Shown here in pieces: positions 27,654-40,500 of a stretch of 64,000 nt of DNA. Source of the DNA: Eledone cirrhosa (Eukaryota); NCBI GenBank assembly GCA_964016885.1, contig OZ024762.1:3596001-3660000 (forward strand), in the 5' to 3' direction. The notes under the pieces are model-generated. The model ran no database searches. It was given only the letters and a program-made list of their open reading frames with translations, and was not told where the DNA came from. The number at the start of each line of letters is the position of its first letter. The first letter of the stretch is position 1. Made by a program: the position numbers and the translations under genes.

Positions 27654-27940
27654 GAAATAGTTATTGATACGGTCTGTATATATATATTATATATCTTACG
27701 TTTGCTTCAGGTTAAATATATAAAACAATTGTGATATTCTCTACCCTCGTAATTTTAGACACACAATTTACTGCGTTTATTTCTACATATATTATTATAT
27801 AATGCTCAGTATTTATACTTTGAGCTTGTTAATTACAGGTATCAATATGAGTTAATAACTCTGTATTTTATTTGTATATATATATATATATAAATATGCA
27901 TATATATATATATAATGTATATACATATATATATGTTATA

Positions 27941-27989
<49 letters not shown>

Positions 27990-28198
27990 CAAGATGGAAT
28001 CAGTAGGAAACTGGTTAGACCATTTCCTGGAACTAGCTGTTGAAACAGCAAGAGCTCAGCCGTAGGGGTGATGACTCATTTATAAATATATATATATAAA
28101 TTTTGATTATATGTTGGTTGTATACCAACACCTCAGAATGCAGATTGGAGCACTCGACGAAGTGCGGAGGTTGGTTTGGTTACTCCGAAGTAATTCGG

Positions 28199-28255
28199 AC
28201 TGCCTGAAGAGGTCACAGCCAAAGATGGCTGTCACCGAAATATATATATAGCAGT
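28199..28255 (+). ncRNA. Type-I hammerhead ribozyme motif
   Basis: actgc-CTGAAGA-ggtcacagcca(aaga)tggctgtcacc-GAAA-tatatata-TA-gcagt: 5-bp stem I, 11-bp stem II with 1 mismatch, short stem III, complete core. Confidence 0.75.
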
Positions 28256-28289
28256 AATAAACGAAGCCAAATTTTAATCATTTGACTTA

Positions 28290-28310
28290 TTTATTTTATT
28301 TTATTTTATT
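28290..28310 (-). promoter_or_regulatory. Candidate NAPRT polyadenylation signals
   Basis: (TTTAT)n on + reads as tandem AATAAA on -, about 750 nt past the stop; may belong to the adjacent repeat instead. Confidence 0.3.
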
Positions 28311-28873
28311 ATATATATATATATATATATAATGTGGTATGTTTTCTTTACTGTGTTTCATTTTTTTTCTTAATTATTGTTTGCATGCATGTATATATAC
28401 ATATAATGAACACACACCATGTACATACATATACAAAACATCACCATATGTCTATTTTTTTTCTTCATGCTTGTGTGGGTTGGACGGGTTTGTTCCAGCA
28501 CAGCATCCCTTTTGTTGCAGTTGTTTGTCATTTTCTCTGTGAGGAGCTTCAGTGATTTCAAGTCTGCTCCCACCTCTGGCCAGATCATCTTTGGTCTTCC
28601 ACTACAGCAGATTCTTTCCACTTCTTCATGCAATAATCATCAACTATACACACACAGACACACAACATATATATATATATATATATACACACATACATAC
28701 ATATGTATATATATACCAATAACACATACATGCAACCACACTACACACACACCTATATATATGCATAAGTGTATACATACACACTATATATATTTGAACA
28801 TGTGTGTGTGTATGTATATATATGTATGTATGTGTGTATATATAATATATATATATATATACATGTGTGGGTG

Positions 28874-28910
<37 letters not shown>

Positions 28911-28929
28911 TTATGTATATATACATATT

Positions 28930-28991
<62 letters not shown>

Positions 28992-29052
28992 TGTATGTAT
29001 ATATTAGGCAATACTAGAAAACAGATACGAAATATGAAAAAAAAGAACAAAG

Positions 29053-29130
29053 CTAACACAATTCCCCAACTGGAGCATTCTCCAGCCATAGATTATGCAT
29101 AAATGTGTAGAGTTTATCGCTGACCGCTAC
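29053..29130 (-). CDS. NAPRT: NAPRT terminal coding exon: [25 protein letters not shown]
   Basis: Acceptor tctacag; TAG stop at 29055-29053. Confidence 0.94.
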   Translation of the reverse strand, partial: VAVSDKLYTFMHNLWLENAPVGELC

Positions 29131-32100
29131 CTGTAGAAGAGAGAAATACAGGGAGTACTGTTAGAAATAACAATTGTTTCTAGTTTTGGCACAAGGCCAG
29201 CAATTCGAAGGGAAGGGGTAAGTCAATTAAATTGACCCCAGTGCATTACTGGTACTTTATTTTATAGACCCAGTAAGGATGAATGGTAAAGCTAACCTCA
29301 GCAAGATTTAACCCTTTAGCATTTACATTACTCTATATATACTATTGTATTTTCATAGTAAAGGCTTTACCTCACATAATATTTACATTACTCTATATAT
29401 ACTATTGTATTTTCATAGTAAAGGCTTTACCTTACATAATATCTCCTATATCTCACATAATATATATATACACACACAAACACATACTCCCCCCCATATA
29501 TATATATATATGTACATTACCTTATATGGACTGGGTTGGAGAGCTCTCTTGTGATCCTCCCGTATATGACACAATGATGCTAGCGTCTTCTCCCTCAATT
29601 GTCGCAGTGTTGGTAGATTGAGTTGAGTCTGGTAGAAAGATAACAGATGACACACAGTGAGTCTTCACTCCACTTCAGTGAGTCTGCATCCCACTTCAGT
29701 GAGTCTACACTCCACTTCAGTGAGTCTACACTCCACTTCAGTGAGTCTACACTCCACTTCAGTGAGTCTACACTCCACTTCAGTGAGTGTGAATGCTACA
29801 CCATGAGTGTACACCCCACTTCACACAGTGCACACTCCCCTTCCCACTATGAGTGTACACTCCACTTCAAATTTAAACCATATCAAGTATTGTGCCAAAA
29901 ATGTTAGTGTCCACAAAAAATGTATCTACAATGGGAAGGTTGTATATTCTAATAAATATTGCTTGTACTGGTAATCAAAGTGTGTATACATCTTTGGGCG
30001 ACATCCTGTATGTAAAATGGGAGTATGACTTATCTCTGAGAATACATGGTGGGCCAGCGCCCTTCTAATTCAGGAAAAGTGGGCGTTCAATGGTTGTAAA
30101 TGAAACCGGGAAGAAAATAGCAAGGAGAGAATACTCTGCGAGAAAGCAAACTGAAGCAAGCAGACTTATTTACCTTGTTCAGTCAAAGAATTAACACATC
30201 AAGTTGACAAGTGAGTTTGGCTTCAATTCGGTTTTCATGCCAAACCTTACCTATGGTCTTGAATCTTGGGTAATGACCAAAGGAATACGATCGCAAATAC
30301 AAGCGGACGAAATGGGATTCCTCCGAAGGGTCCTTGGAGTAACGTTACTCGATAAAGTATATAACTTGGAGATCAGAAAGTCATTCCAGGTAGAGTCACT
30401 ACTTCTCCGAATTGAGAGATCACAGCTCCGATACTATGAGCATGTGGTTAGAATGTCTCAGGAAAGAATCACTGGACAGATTTTATGGGCAAAACCAACC
30501 AGCAGAGGACCCTGAGGTAGACCCCGAGATTGATGATTGGATAACATCTATGAGCTTGGTTGATCTTGCTTGGGGATCCAGCTGGGTCAGTTGCCTCTGA
30601 CAGGACCCACTGGAAGTAGTGTTTGAAGACTCTGCCCCCACGACCCTCTCAGGAATAAGTGGGCAAAGAAGAAAAATAAGAAGTTGACATATAAGCCGAC
30701 AAAGGAGCCATTAAGTGGTCACTGAAACTGTTAGAAATAGTGATGCATGACATGAGTGAATCTTTCAGTATTATCTCTTCTAAAGTACCAGTAATGCACT
30801 GGGTATTTGCTGGCCTTGTGCCTAAAGTAGAAACAATTATCTCTTCTAAAGTGTCAAATGACATCGGTGTGACTATAACAAAACAACACACTTTGTATGA
30901 GTCGTATGATGGACATCACATGGAATGCGTTGGTGATGCTTGTCTTACTGTTAAGTGAGGAGGTCAACAATTCTCCATATTTTCACAGTAATTAAATGCT
31001 GCTGAAAATATGGTCTACTAAGTTATGATCTACTGAATGTTTGAAACAGTTTGCAGCCTTGAATCATTTCTTCCAACAATCAAAGGAGTGCAAGCCTCTG
31101 TTAAATTAATACCTAATGCCTCTGATAAATTATATTGTGCTTCATTGTATCAAAGTAGAAATTTTTAATTTACTGTTGTTTGTTCCTTTACCTATCAAAG
31201 AAATAAACAAGACACCACAAATAGCAACTAAATCCCTTCCTTAAATCACAACCTACCATCTTACAAAAAACGAGGGGGTAGCATGATGTGCCTTGATCCT
31301 GTTTGCCCAATCCAGGTAAGAAAATTGAGTGAGAAAAACTAGCTGCTATTTCACTAAATCTAATGAAATTCTCTATTTTTCAAAAAATTATTTGAAAATC
31401 AATGTCAGTGCCCTTGATTAGAAATATGTCAATAATAATGATAACAATCATAATGAAAATTATTGTGTACAGTGCTCAGGAGCACTACAACTCATCAAAG
31501 GTGCATGTATAGTACACAGAATAATGTACAAATGTCAGGAAAGTGAACAGTGTATGAGTCATGATATACATAGATACATGTGTAAAGCATGTATGGAGGG
31601 GGAATATCAGGTGTAGCATGAGTTAATAAGAGTTACTTACTTTGCCATTTTCCCAATAAACTTTGTACAGGGGTTCAACTCTGGAGGGCTGTACATAAGC
31701 CCTTTTGGTTTCCTTGATAATTAAAAAATAACAACAACAAAATTCATAAATCATCAATCAACATCTTTTTACATACAAGGGTTTGATAGGTAGGTACTTT
31801 ATGAGACCACATAGGTCAGGTTACCATGCCTGGCTCATACGGATAATTTGTATTTTGGCTTGGTTTCCTATGGCTTGATCTTCCTATTGCCAACCACATT
31901 ACAGCATGGCACCACAACTACCGCCTTAAAGGGCGGACTGTGTGCTTTTTATCGTAACACCAATACTACTACTTTACAAGGTGGACTGGGTGCTTTTTGT
32001 TGTGGTATCAGCATGACCATCTTACAAGGTGGACTGGTGCTTTTGGTTGGTACTACAACTTTCCAGAGTGGGCTGAAGGCTTTTTGTCATGGCACCAGTA

Positions 32101-34711
32101 TTACCACTTTACAGGGTAGACTGGGTGCTTTTTTGTCATGCTACTGCTGCCACCACTACCAATAGCAACACCACCACCGACACCACCAACACCAACAACA
32201 CTACCAATAGCAACACCACCACCAACACCACCAACACTACCAATAGCAACACCACCACCGACACCAACACCACCAACACTACCAATAGCAACACCACCAC
32301 CGACACCAACACCACCAACACTACCAATAGCAACACCACCACCAACACCACCAACACTACCAATAGCAACACCAACACCAACACCACCAACACTACCAAT
32401 AGCAACACCACCACCACCAACACTACCAATAGCACCACCACCACCGACACCACCAACACTACCAATAGCAACACCACCACCAACACCACCAACACCAACA
32501 CCACCAACACCACCAACACTACCAACACCAACACCACCAACACTACCAACACCAACACCACTACCGACAACACCCCTACCAACAACAACAACAACAACAG
32601 GAGTGATGTAACAACTTACTTGAAATGGATGTCGACAGAAGACACGATCACCAGCACAGGGAGGCTTCTCCGTGTCACGTATGAGAACATCAATTAGAGC
32701 AATATCTGTGGAAGATATCAGTCAGTTATATCACTGGCTTATAAACTTTGTGGGGGATATCACAGGGTTATATCTGTGGGGGATATCACAGGGTTATATC
32801 TGTGGGGATATCACAGGGTTATATCTGTGGCGATATCACAGGGTTATATCTGTGGGGGATATCACAGGGTTATATCTGTGGGGGATATCACAGGGTTATA
32901 TCTGTGGTAGATATCACAGGGTTATATCTGTGGGGGATATCACAGGGTTATATCTGTGGGGGATATCATGGGGTTATATCTGTGGTGATATCACAGGGTT
33001 ATATCTGTGGTAGATATCACAGGGTTATATCTGTGGGGGATATCATAGGGTTATATCTGTGGGGGATATCATGGGGTTATATCTGTGGCGATATCACAGG
33101 GTTATATCTGTGGTAGATATCACAGGGTTATATCTGTGGGGATATCACAGGGTTATATCTGTGGTAGATATCACAGGGTTATATCTGTGGTAGATATCAC
33201 AGGGTTATATCTGTGGGGGATATCACAGGGTTATATCTGTGGGGGATATCATGGGGTTATATCTGTGGCGATATCACAGGGTTATATCTGTGGGGGATAT
33301 CATAGGGTTATATCTGTGGGGGATATCACAGGGTTATATTTGTGGGGGATATCACAGGGTTATATCTGTGGGAGATATCACAAGGTCATATCTGTGAAAG
33401 ATATCAGAAATTTATATCACTGGGTTATAGCTGTGATATATCCCATAGATATAGTACTATGATATATCCCAGGGTTATAGCTGTGGGGGATATCAGATGG
33501 TTATATCACTGGTTTATAACACTGTGAAGATATAGTACTATGATATATCCCAGGGTTATAGCTGTGGGGGATATCAGATGGTTATATCACTGGTTTATAA
33601 CACTGTGAAGATATAGTACTATGATATATCCCAGGGTTATAGCTGTGGGGGATATCAGATGGTTATATCACTGGTTTATAACACTGTGAAGATATAGTAC
33701 TATGATATATCCCAGGGTTATAGCTGTGGGGGATATCAGATGGTTATATCACTGGTTTATAACACTGTGAAGATATAGTACTATGATATATCCCAGGGTT
33801 ATAGCTGTGGGGGATATCAGATGGTTATATCTGGGAGGGATATATCGTAAGCAGCTATCCAAAGATGACATGAGAATACTATCTGTCTAGGAGGCATGAT
33901 GTGGCCAAAACATCATACAATGTAATCCATACAAAGGATAGCCTTGAGAATAAACGTATAAAAATGTAGTTTTGTGGTGGACATATGCGTACATAATATG
34001 AGAGATTACTGGTGGAATGTTCCAATGAAAACCCTAACGAAATGCAAACATAACAGACCAGATATAGTGATATGAGACAGGGAAAAGAAGGAATGTACAG
34101 TAGTGGAAGTTAGCTGCCCAACAGATGTTAATATAATATTAAAGATTAGTGAAAAGAAGAACATTTATGCTGAACTAATGAGGAATCTGCAGATACTCCA
34201 CCCTGATTATACCTTTAGATTTGCACCTTTGACAATTGAGCTTCTGGCATTTGTCACTAACTATCTCCATACAAATCTTGAGAAACTGGGCTTCAGATAC
34301 ATACATGTAAATGTATGTATGTGTGGTCCTGTAACTCCTGGTAGAGTCGTAGGATCACCATATTGAAATATGGCGTCTCTTGGGCACTTTAGACCTGGCA
34401 GAGCCATCACTCTCCAGGCCTGAGTAGAGCAGGTTTCTTCCAGAGAAAGTGAGAGAGAGGAAATGAGAAAGAGATATAGAGGAAGAATTGACCCCAGTAC
34501 TAGACTGGTACTTTTCTTTATTGACCTCGAAAGGATGACAGGTAAAGTTGACCTCAGCGGGATTTGAACTCAGAGAACAGAGCCAAACAAATACCATAAA
34601 GCATTCTATCTGATGTTCTAACGACTGCCAATTTGCAGCTTTGTATATATATATATACACATATATATATACATAAACACACACACACACACACATACAT
34701 ACATACATACA

Positions 34712-34745
<34 letters not shown>

Positions 34746-35049
34746 CATACATAAACACACACACATATATATCTAAAGTCTGTCTTAAGCCAGAAGGCTC
34801 ATTTGGCCGGTGCTTATCCCGGTTTCATGGCGTGAAGCGACTGAGAGTACAAGACTCCCCTCCTGGACAGGACGCCAGTTCATCGCAGGGCTAAACCCCC
34901 AGATATTGCTGGTACTCATTTTCAGCTGAGTATACTGGAGCAACGTGAAATGAAGTGTTTTGCTCAAGAACACAACACGCAACCCAGGAATCGAACCCAC
35001 GACATTATGACCGTAAGTCCAACACTCTTACCACTAGGCCACATGCCTC

Positions 35050-35102
<53 letters not shown>

Positions 35103-37467
35103 GAAAACCAGAATACTTACCATCAGCCCCATACAGTCGGTAGGCAGTTTTCTTACCAGGTATACCAATTTTGTCAGGTTCCTCACTCAGTTTAATCCGA
35201 GGAATATCATTAATCTCTACCAACTAAACAAAGAAACACAACAAATATTACAACACTTAACAATACTACACTCTCTTATCTACACATATATATAAAACTG
35301 AAATTGTCTGTGTGTCTGTGTGTGTCCCCTAATTTTTGCAAAGTCTATACAAATCCACATTTCTACTCCGATTGACTTCAAACTTGCATTTATATACTCC
35401 TTGCGGTCTAAAGATATTAACTGCAGCTTTTATTTTTCAATTTTCTGTTGTTAAAGGGGTGTTAGGCGCCGGTTATCAATCTCTCTGTCTTTCTTAGTCT
35501 GTCTTTTTAGATAGATATATAGCTATAACGTCACGCCCTTATAATATCTGTCTGTATGTCTGGCTGTCTGCATTACGACATTATGACAAACATTGTTTTC
35601 ATTGATGACATATTATCTTCGCTATTTTCCATTCATTGCCAGGGAACATCTAAAACAGAACCCAGATCCCAGATCCAGTTTTTCCTGATGATTTCTCCCG
35701 AATGAAACAGTTCTAGTCCTGTAGAAGCCATTTCTATATTAAATATATATATATATATTATTAAATATAGGTCTTACCTTAAAGACACACCCAAGAGCTG
35801 GCTGTTTCTGGCAAGTCACTAAATGTGTGCCAATTCCATAACAGTTAATTTGGTGATTCTAAAAGTAAAAAATGGGGAGAGGGGGAAGAAAAAATATGAA
35901 TACAAAAACTTAATTCATGTAAGAAAATTTTTTTTTAAATTATAAAAAATGAAAGAAACAAATTATTTCCTACAGATATTTTTTTGTTGATCTCAACAAG
36001 ATTGGATACTTTGAACTAACACACAAACACTTGTGTGTGTGTAAACATGTATGTATATACATACACACACATACAGTATATATATATATATATATATCAT
36101 CATCGCCATTTAACATCCACCTTCCAAACTAGCATGGGTTAGACGAGTTGTTCCATTTGAGGCAGGTTAGGTCAGGTGACTGTATCCTGCTATATATAAG
36201 AAATTAAAAGATGGTTAAGAGAGTTCCGTGTATTTTATTATGCACATTTCAAAAACAAATATCATCCTGTGACGATATTTGCGTTCTCATCAGATAAAAT
36301 AGGGAAACATGATATGAAGCTTAAAAAAAACCCTTGTGAGCAAGGTAGTGTCTAAACAATATATTTTGAACATATTTTGAAATGCGCATAATAAAATACA
36401 TGGAACTCTCTTAACCATCTTTTAATTTCTTCTTATATATACTCCAGTCCAATAAACTGTTGAGTGCTACTTATCCGATATTTGCATTGCTTTATTGTGC
36501 TACAATAAATATCACCTCCTACATTATATATATATATACAAACATATATTCATTTTATTGGCCTTGAAAGGATAAAAGGCAAAGTTGACCTCAGTGGGAT
36601 TTGAACTCAGAAAGCAGAGAACTGGAATAAATACCGCAGAGCATTCTATCTGATGTTCTAATGGCTCAGCCATTTCGCCGCCTCTATAACTGGGATACAC
36701 CAAACAAACACTCTGGTACTATAAAAAATATACAGGCCAGGTGGAAAGAAACTCCCTATTAGGAACACAATGGGAGGCAACATATAAACATCACTAATGA
36801 TGTCACAGTGGTGTGTGACGAAAGAACTCCAAGAATTTATATTCATATTTTTAACTGTTGGTTAATCAATGATGAACATTGAATGCCAGCTGAATTATTT
36901 ATAGAAATATCCAAGATATACTGAAGCAAAAACCAAACCAAACAATGAGTGTGTTTTACTATATTTTTATCTGGCAATATTAGAACAACATGGCACTCCC
37001 CAAATGTAACAATATCTGTTTCAACACACAATTTCATATTTAAAACCTTGCAAAACAAAAACATATAACATATATACAGTGTACCGCCAGTATTCATGAT
37101 CCCGGTTATTCGCAGAATTTTTCTTAGAACCTAATTAATAATTGTTCATGGAACCCCCCCCCCCCCATATTTGTGGAATTATAAATATCTTCTGCGATTT
37201 TTTATGGCTTTTTTTCGTGGCAATATATATTTTTTCATGCTTTTAACGCTAAATTATCAATAACAATATACCGTATTTGCTGGCCTATATTTTATGTTGT
37301 TTTGGTGTTTAAAGGCATTTTTATGGACCATGTCCAATATTCAGTTTTTCACGCTTTGTAGGTGCTCTAGAAACATAACCCCTGCCACTACTGGTGGACA
37401 ACTGTGTATATATATATATATACACATATATATATATACGCATATATATACACACACATATATATAT

Positions 37468-37512
<45 letters not shown>

Positions 37513-40500
37513 TGTATTAGTATATAATTGCTCCAAATTTTTTATTTGTTGAGCTGCTTATAGTGACTAGTACTTTGCACCTTTTTCTAGCAGATACAAT
37601 GTCCAGTCCTATTTATATCTGCAGCCACAGTTAAAAAGTTCTTACACCATGCTGCCTATAGTTTTGATTGACTCTGGGATCCCGACTGATATAAAAGAAT
37701 TTTGTATTCTACTGGAACTTATCCAAAGATGATTCCTCGCATGATTAGTTTTCAAAATCGATAGTTAGTAATCAATAATCAATTATTTAGATTGATTTTT
37801 GCTTTGGTTTACAAACTATGAAATGGTATCGAAAAGTATGTACTTTTTTTCTAAATATTATATGCTTTATATATATGTAGAAAACACTATATGTTTCTCA
37901 AACGATATATGGCTCTTTCTCTCTCTCTATATATGTCTGCCTGTCACTGACCTTGTGGATTGTCTCTCTGTTGACCACTGACCACTGGTCTCTGTCCTCT
38001 GAGGCATTTTTGCCCATCACTGTCTTTGACAGCATTTAGCTGTCTTAACAGCTGTTCTAGAGATGAGTTTTCTCATTTTTATATGTATATATCTTTTAAT
38101 TTGAAATATATATATCACAGAAAACAGCAAACCATCATGAAAGTCTCCACTGAAAGGCCCCAGATGTACAAGAAGCAATCTGATTAGCTGCTACAAAGAC
38201 CAGCCCTGTCGTCTCCTAAGGGTTAATTTTTAATGTACCGCAGTCATAGTGCTGTTTTTGTATTTTTCAAAAATGTCTTGCTAATGTGGTTTTGCGTGGT
38301 ACAGGACCTTAAGAGTTGGGCTTTCTGTAGCTCAACGTTATTCATGATGGGGAAACAACAACAAAAGTAAACCAAAATTTGAATGGAAAAATTGAAAAGT
38401 GACAAATCAGATGAAAATTTGGTTTCCTTTCAAAGACTGGATATTTTAAAGAAAAAATGGAAAAAATTCTAAAACAAATAAATTTTAAAAGTCCTCATCA
38501 TCATCATCATCATCTTGGTTTAACGTCTATTTTTCATGGGTTAGATAGGTTGTTACACAACCCAACTAAGTAGGATATGTCAGGTGACCATGTCTTGCTC
38601 ATGCAATCTGTTTTGGACTTGGGTTTTTTTTTTAAACAGCTGGATGCCCTTCCTAATGCCACGTACATTACAGGGTGGATTGGGTGCTTTGTTGTCATGG
38701 CACCAGCAAAATCGCCTTACAGGGTAGACTGGTTTTTTTTGGGGGGGGGTTTTTGTCATGGCACCACCACTACCATCTTACGGAGAAGACTGGGTGCTTT
38801 TTCTCATAGCACAAGCATGACCACTTTACTGGGTTCGCGGGGTTCTTTTTTATCACGACACCACCACTACCACATTACATGGTGGACTGGGTGCTTTTTG
38901 TTGAGGACCAACACACTCGCCTTACAGGGTGGATTGGGTGCTTTTTTCATAGCACAAGCATGACCACCTTACTGGGTGGACTGGGGGTTTTTTTTTTTGT
39001 CATGGCGCCACCACTACCACGTTACATGGTGGCCTGGGTGCTTTTTGTTAAGGCACCAGTACAACCATCTTACAGGGTGGACTAGGTGTTTTTTTTGTTG
39101 TGGCCTGAGTGGAGGAATAAAGCAGGTTTGATTTGTTATCACAAAAGATAGTTCTAGAAGTACATAATACTGCTGGCAGGTGATTTGCTGAAAGAGGAAT
39201 ACTGTAATCGAAATATTCAGAAATCAAACGAAAAGAGAGACTATCATCCTTAAGGGCAAGTGGCATTTGAAAGAAAAATAGAAACAAAAAAAACAAACAG
39301 AAAAGAAGAGGAAAGCATCAACCAAACAGAAATGGCGGCGGTGGTGGTAGTGGTGATGGCGGCAGTGGTAGTGGTGATGGTGGTACAAATCACGAAAACA
39401 AAAATAGAAAACAAAAATAGAAGAAAAAAAAAACGAGAAAGAAAAAAATGAAAGATGATAAGAACACTCTTCTTTCTTGTAAGGAAGGAACAGCCTGTCA
39501 AAATCGAGGTCTGTCTTATGGAAAACAAAAACTGAACAAGCCGCTATTTATTTAGCCCAATCCCTCATACAACACTCATACTACTACTACTATCAATAAC
39601 ACCAATAATAATAATTGTTTCTACTTTTGGCACAAGGCCAGCAATTATCCCAGTGCATTACTGGTACTTTATTTTATCGACCCCGTAAGGAGGAAAGGCA
39701 AAGTTAACCTCGGCGAGATTTGAACTCAGAATGGCAAGGGCCGTAACTCTATGTGTCAAAGCATGGCGTCCGACCCTCTACCAATACTGCCAATTCACCG
39801 CCCTTAACACCAATAATAATAAAAGAATGGCAGCAATGGAAATTTCCCAATAGGGGTGGGAGACTACCCAGGGGTGACTTTGAAAACCCCACAAATCCTA
39901 AACCATCTGGTGCTCTAAATCAGCCAGCCTACAGGCGCATGGTCAGAGCAGGCCCATTCACATGGGCCATTCTAACAACATTCACCCATCTTTTAACAAA
40001 TATACTGAGGGGCAGCACTTCCCTCTCCACCTTCTTTTCCAAGTGAAACTTAAAAAAGTTGATAAGGGATTGACCGAAGAGAAATGTGTGTCTTCAATCC
40101 TTTCAACCTGGTCCACCATACAACCTCTTTCGCTATGGCCACCAGACAAGACGAAAACTGCTTGTCTTTCCTGGCCAAAAGAAGACAGCAGGGTGATCTC
40201 CAGAATGGAATTGGTCAATAGCTGGATCTGTCCTACAAGGGACAACATAACTCCACAAGTCAGAAATGTATGGATACAGTCCTTCCTGGCCAAAAGAAAG
40301 TGGCAGAGTGATCTTCACTCTCTCTACTCTAGGGCGGGTAAAATTCCCGAGATCCATGGACGAGTTCTCTCCAGCGGTCTCTGTCCCTCATTATCGCTGC
40401 CATGTCCTGCATCTCCAACAGACCAGTGTCTGTCCTTAGGGCATCAACATACGTTAACCTTGGTCTTCCTCTTCTAGTGTGTCCTTGTAGGGGCTCCCAC

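Larger units (their letters stand above)
27204..27787. mobile_element. 584-bp foldback, probably inverted Penelope-like pLTR fragments
   Basis: Arms 27204-27476 and 27514-27787 with a spacer of about 37 bp; a hammerhead in each arm. Confidence 0.75.

Noticed and set aside
32748-33400. Regular, partly palindromic 27-30-bp repeats (also 52160-52450 and 55175-55728) as a CRISPR array
   Set aside because: Units are contiguous with no unique spacers, there are no cas genes, and the context is a eukaryotic intron.
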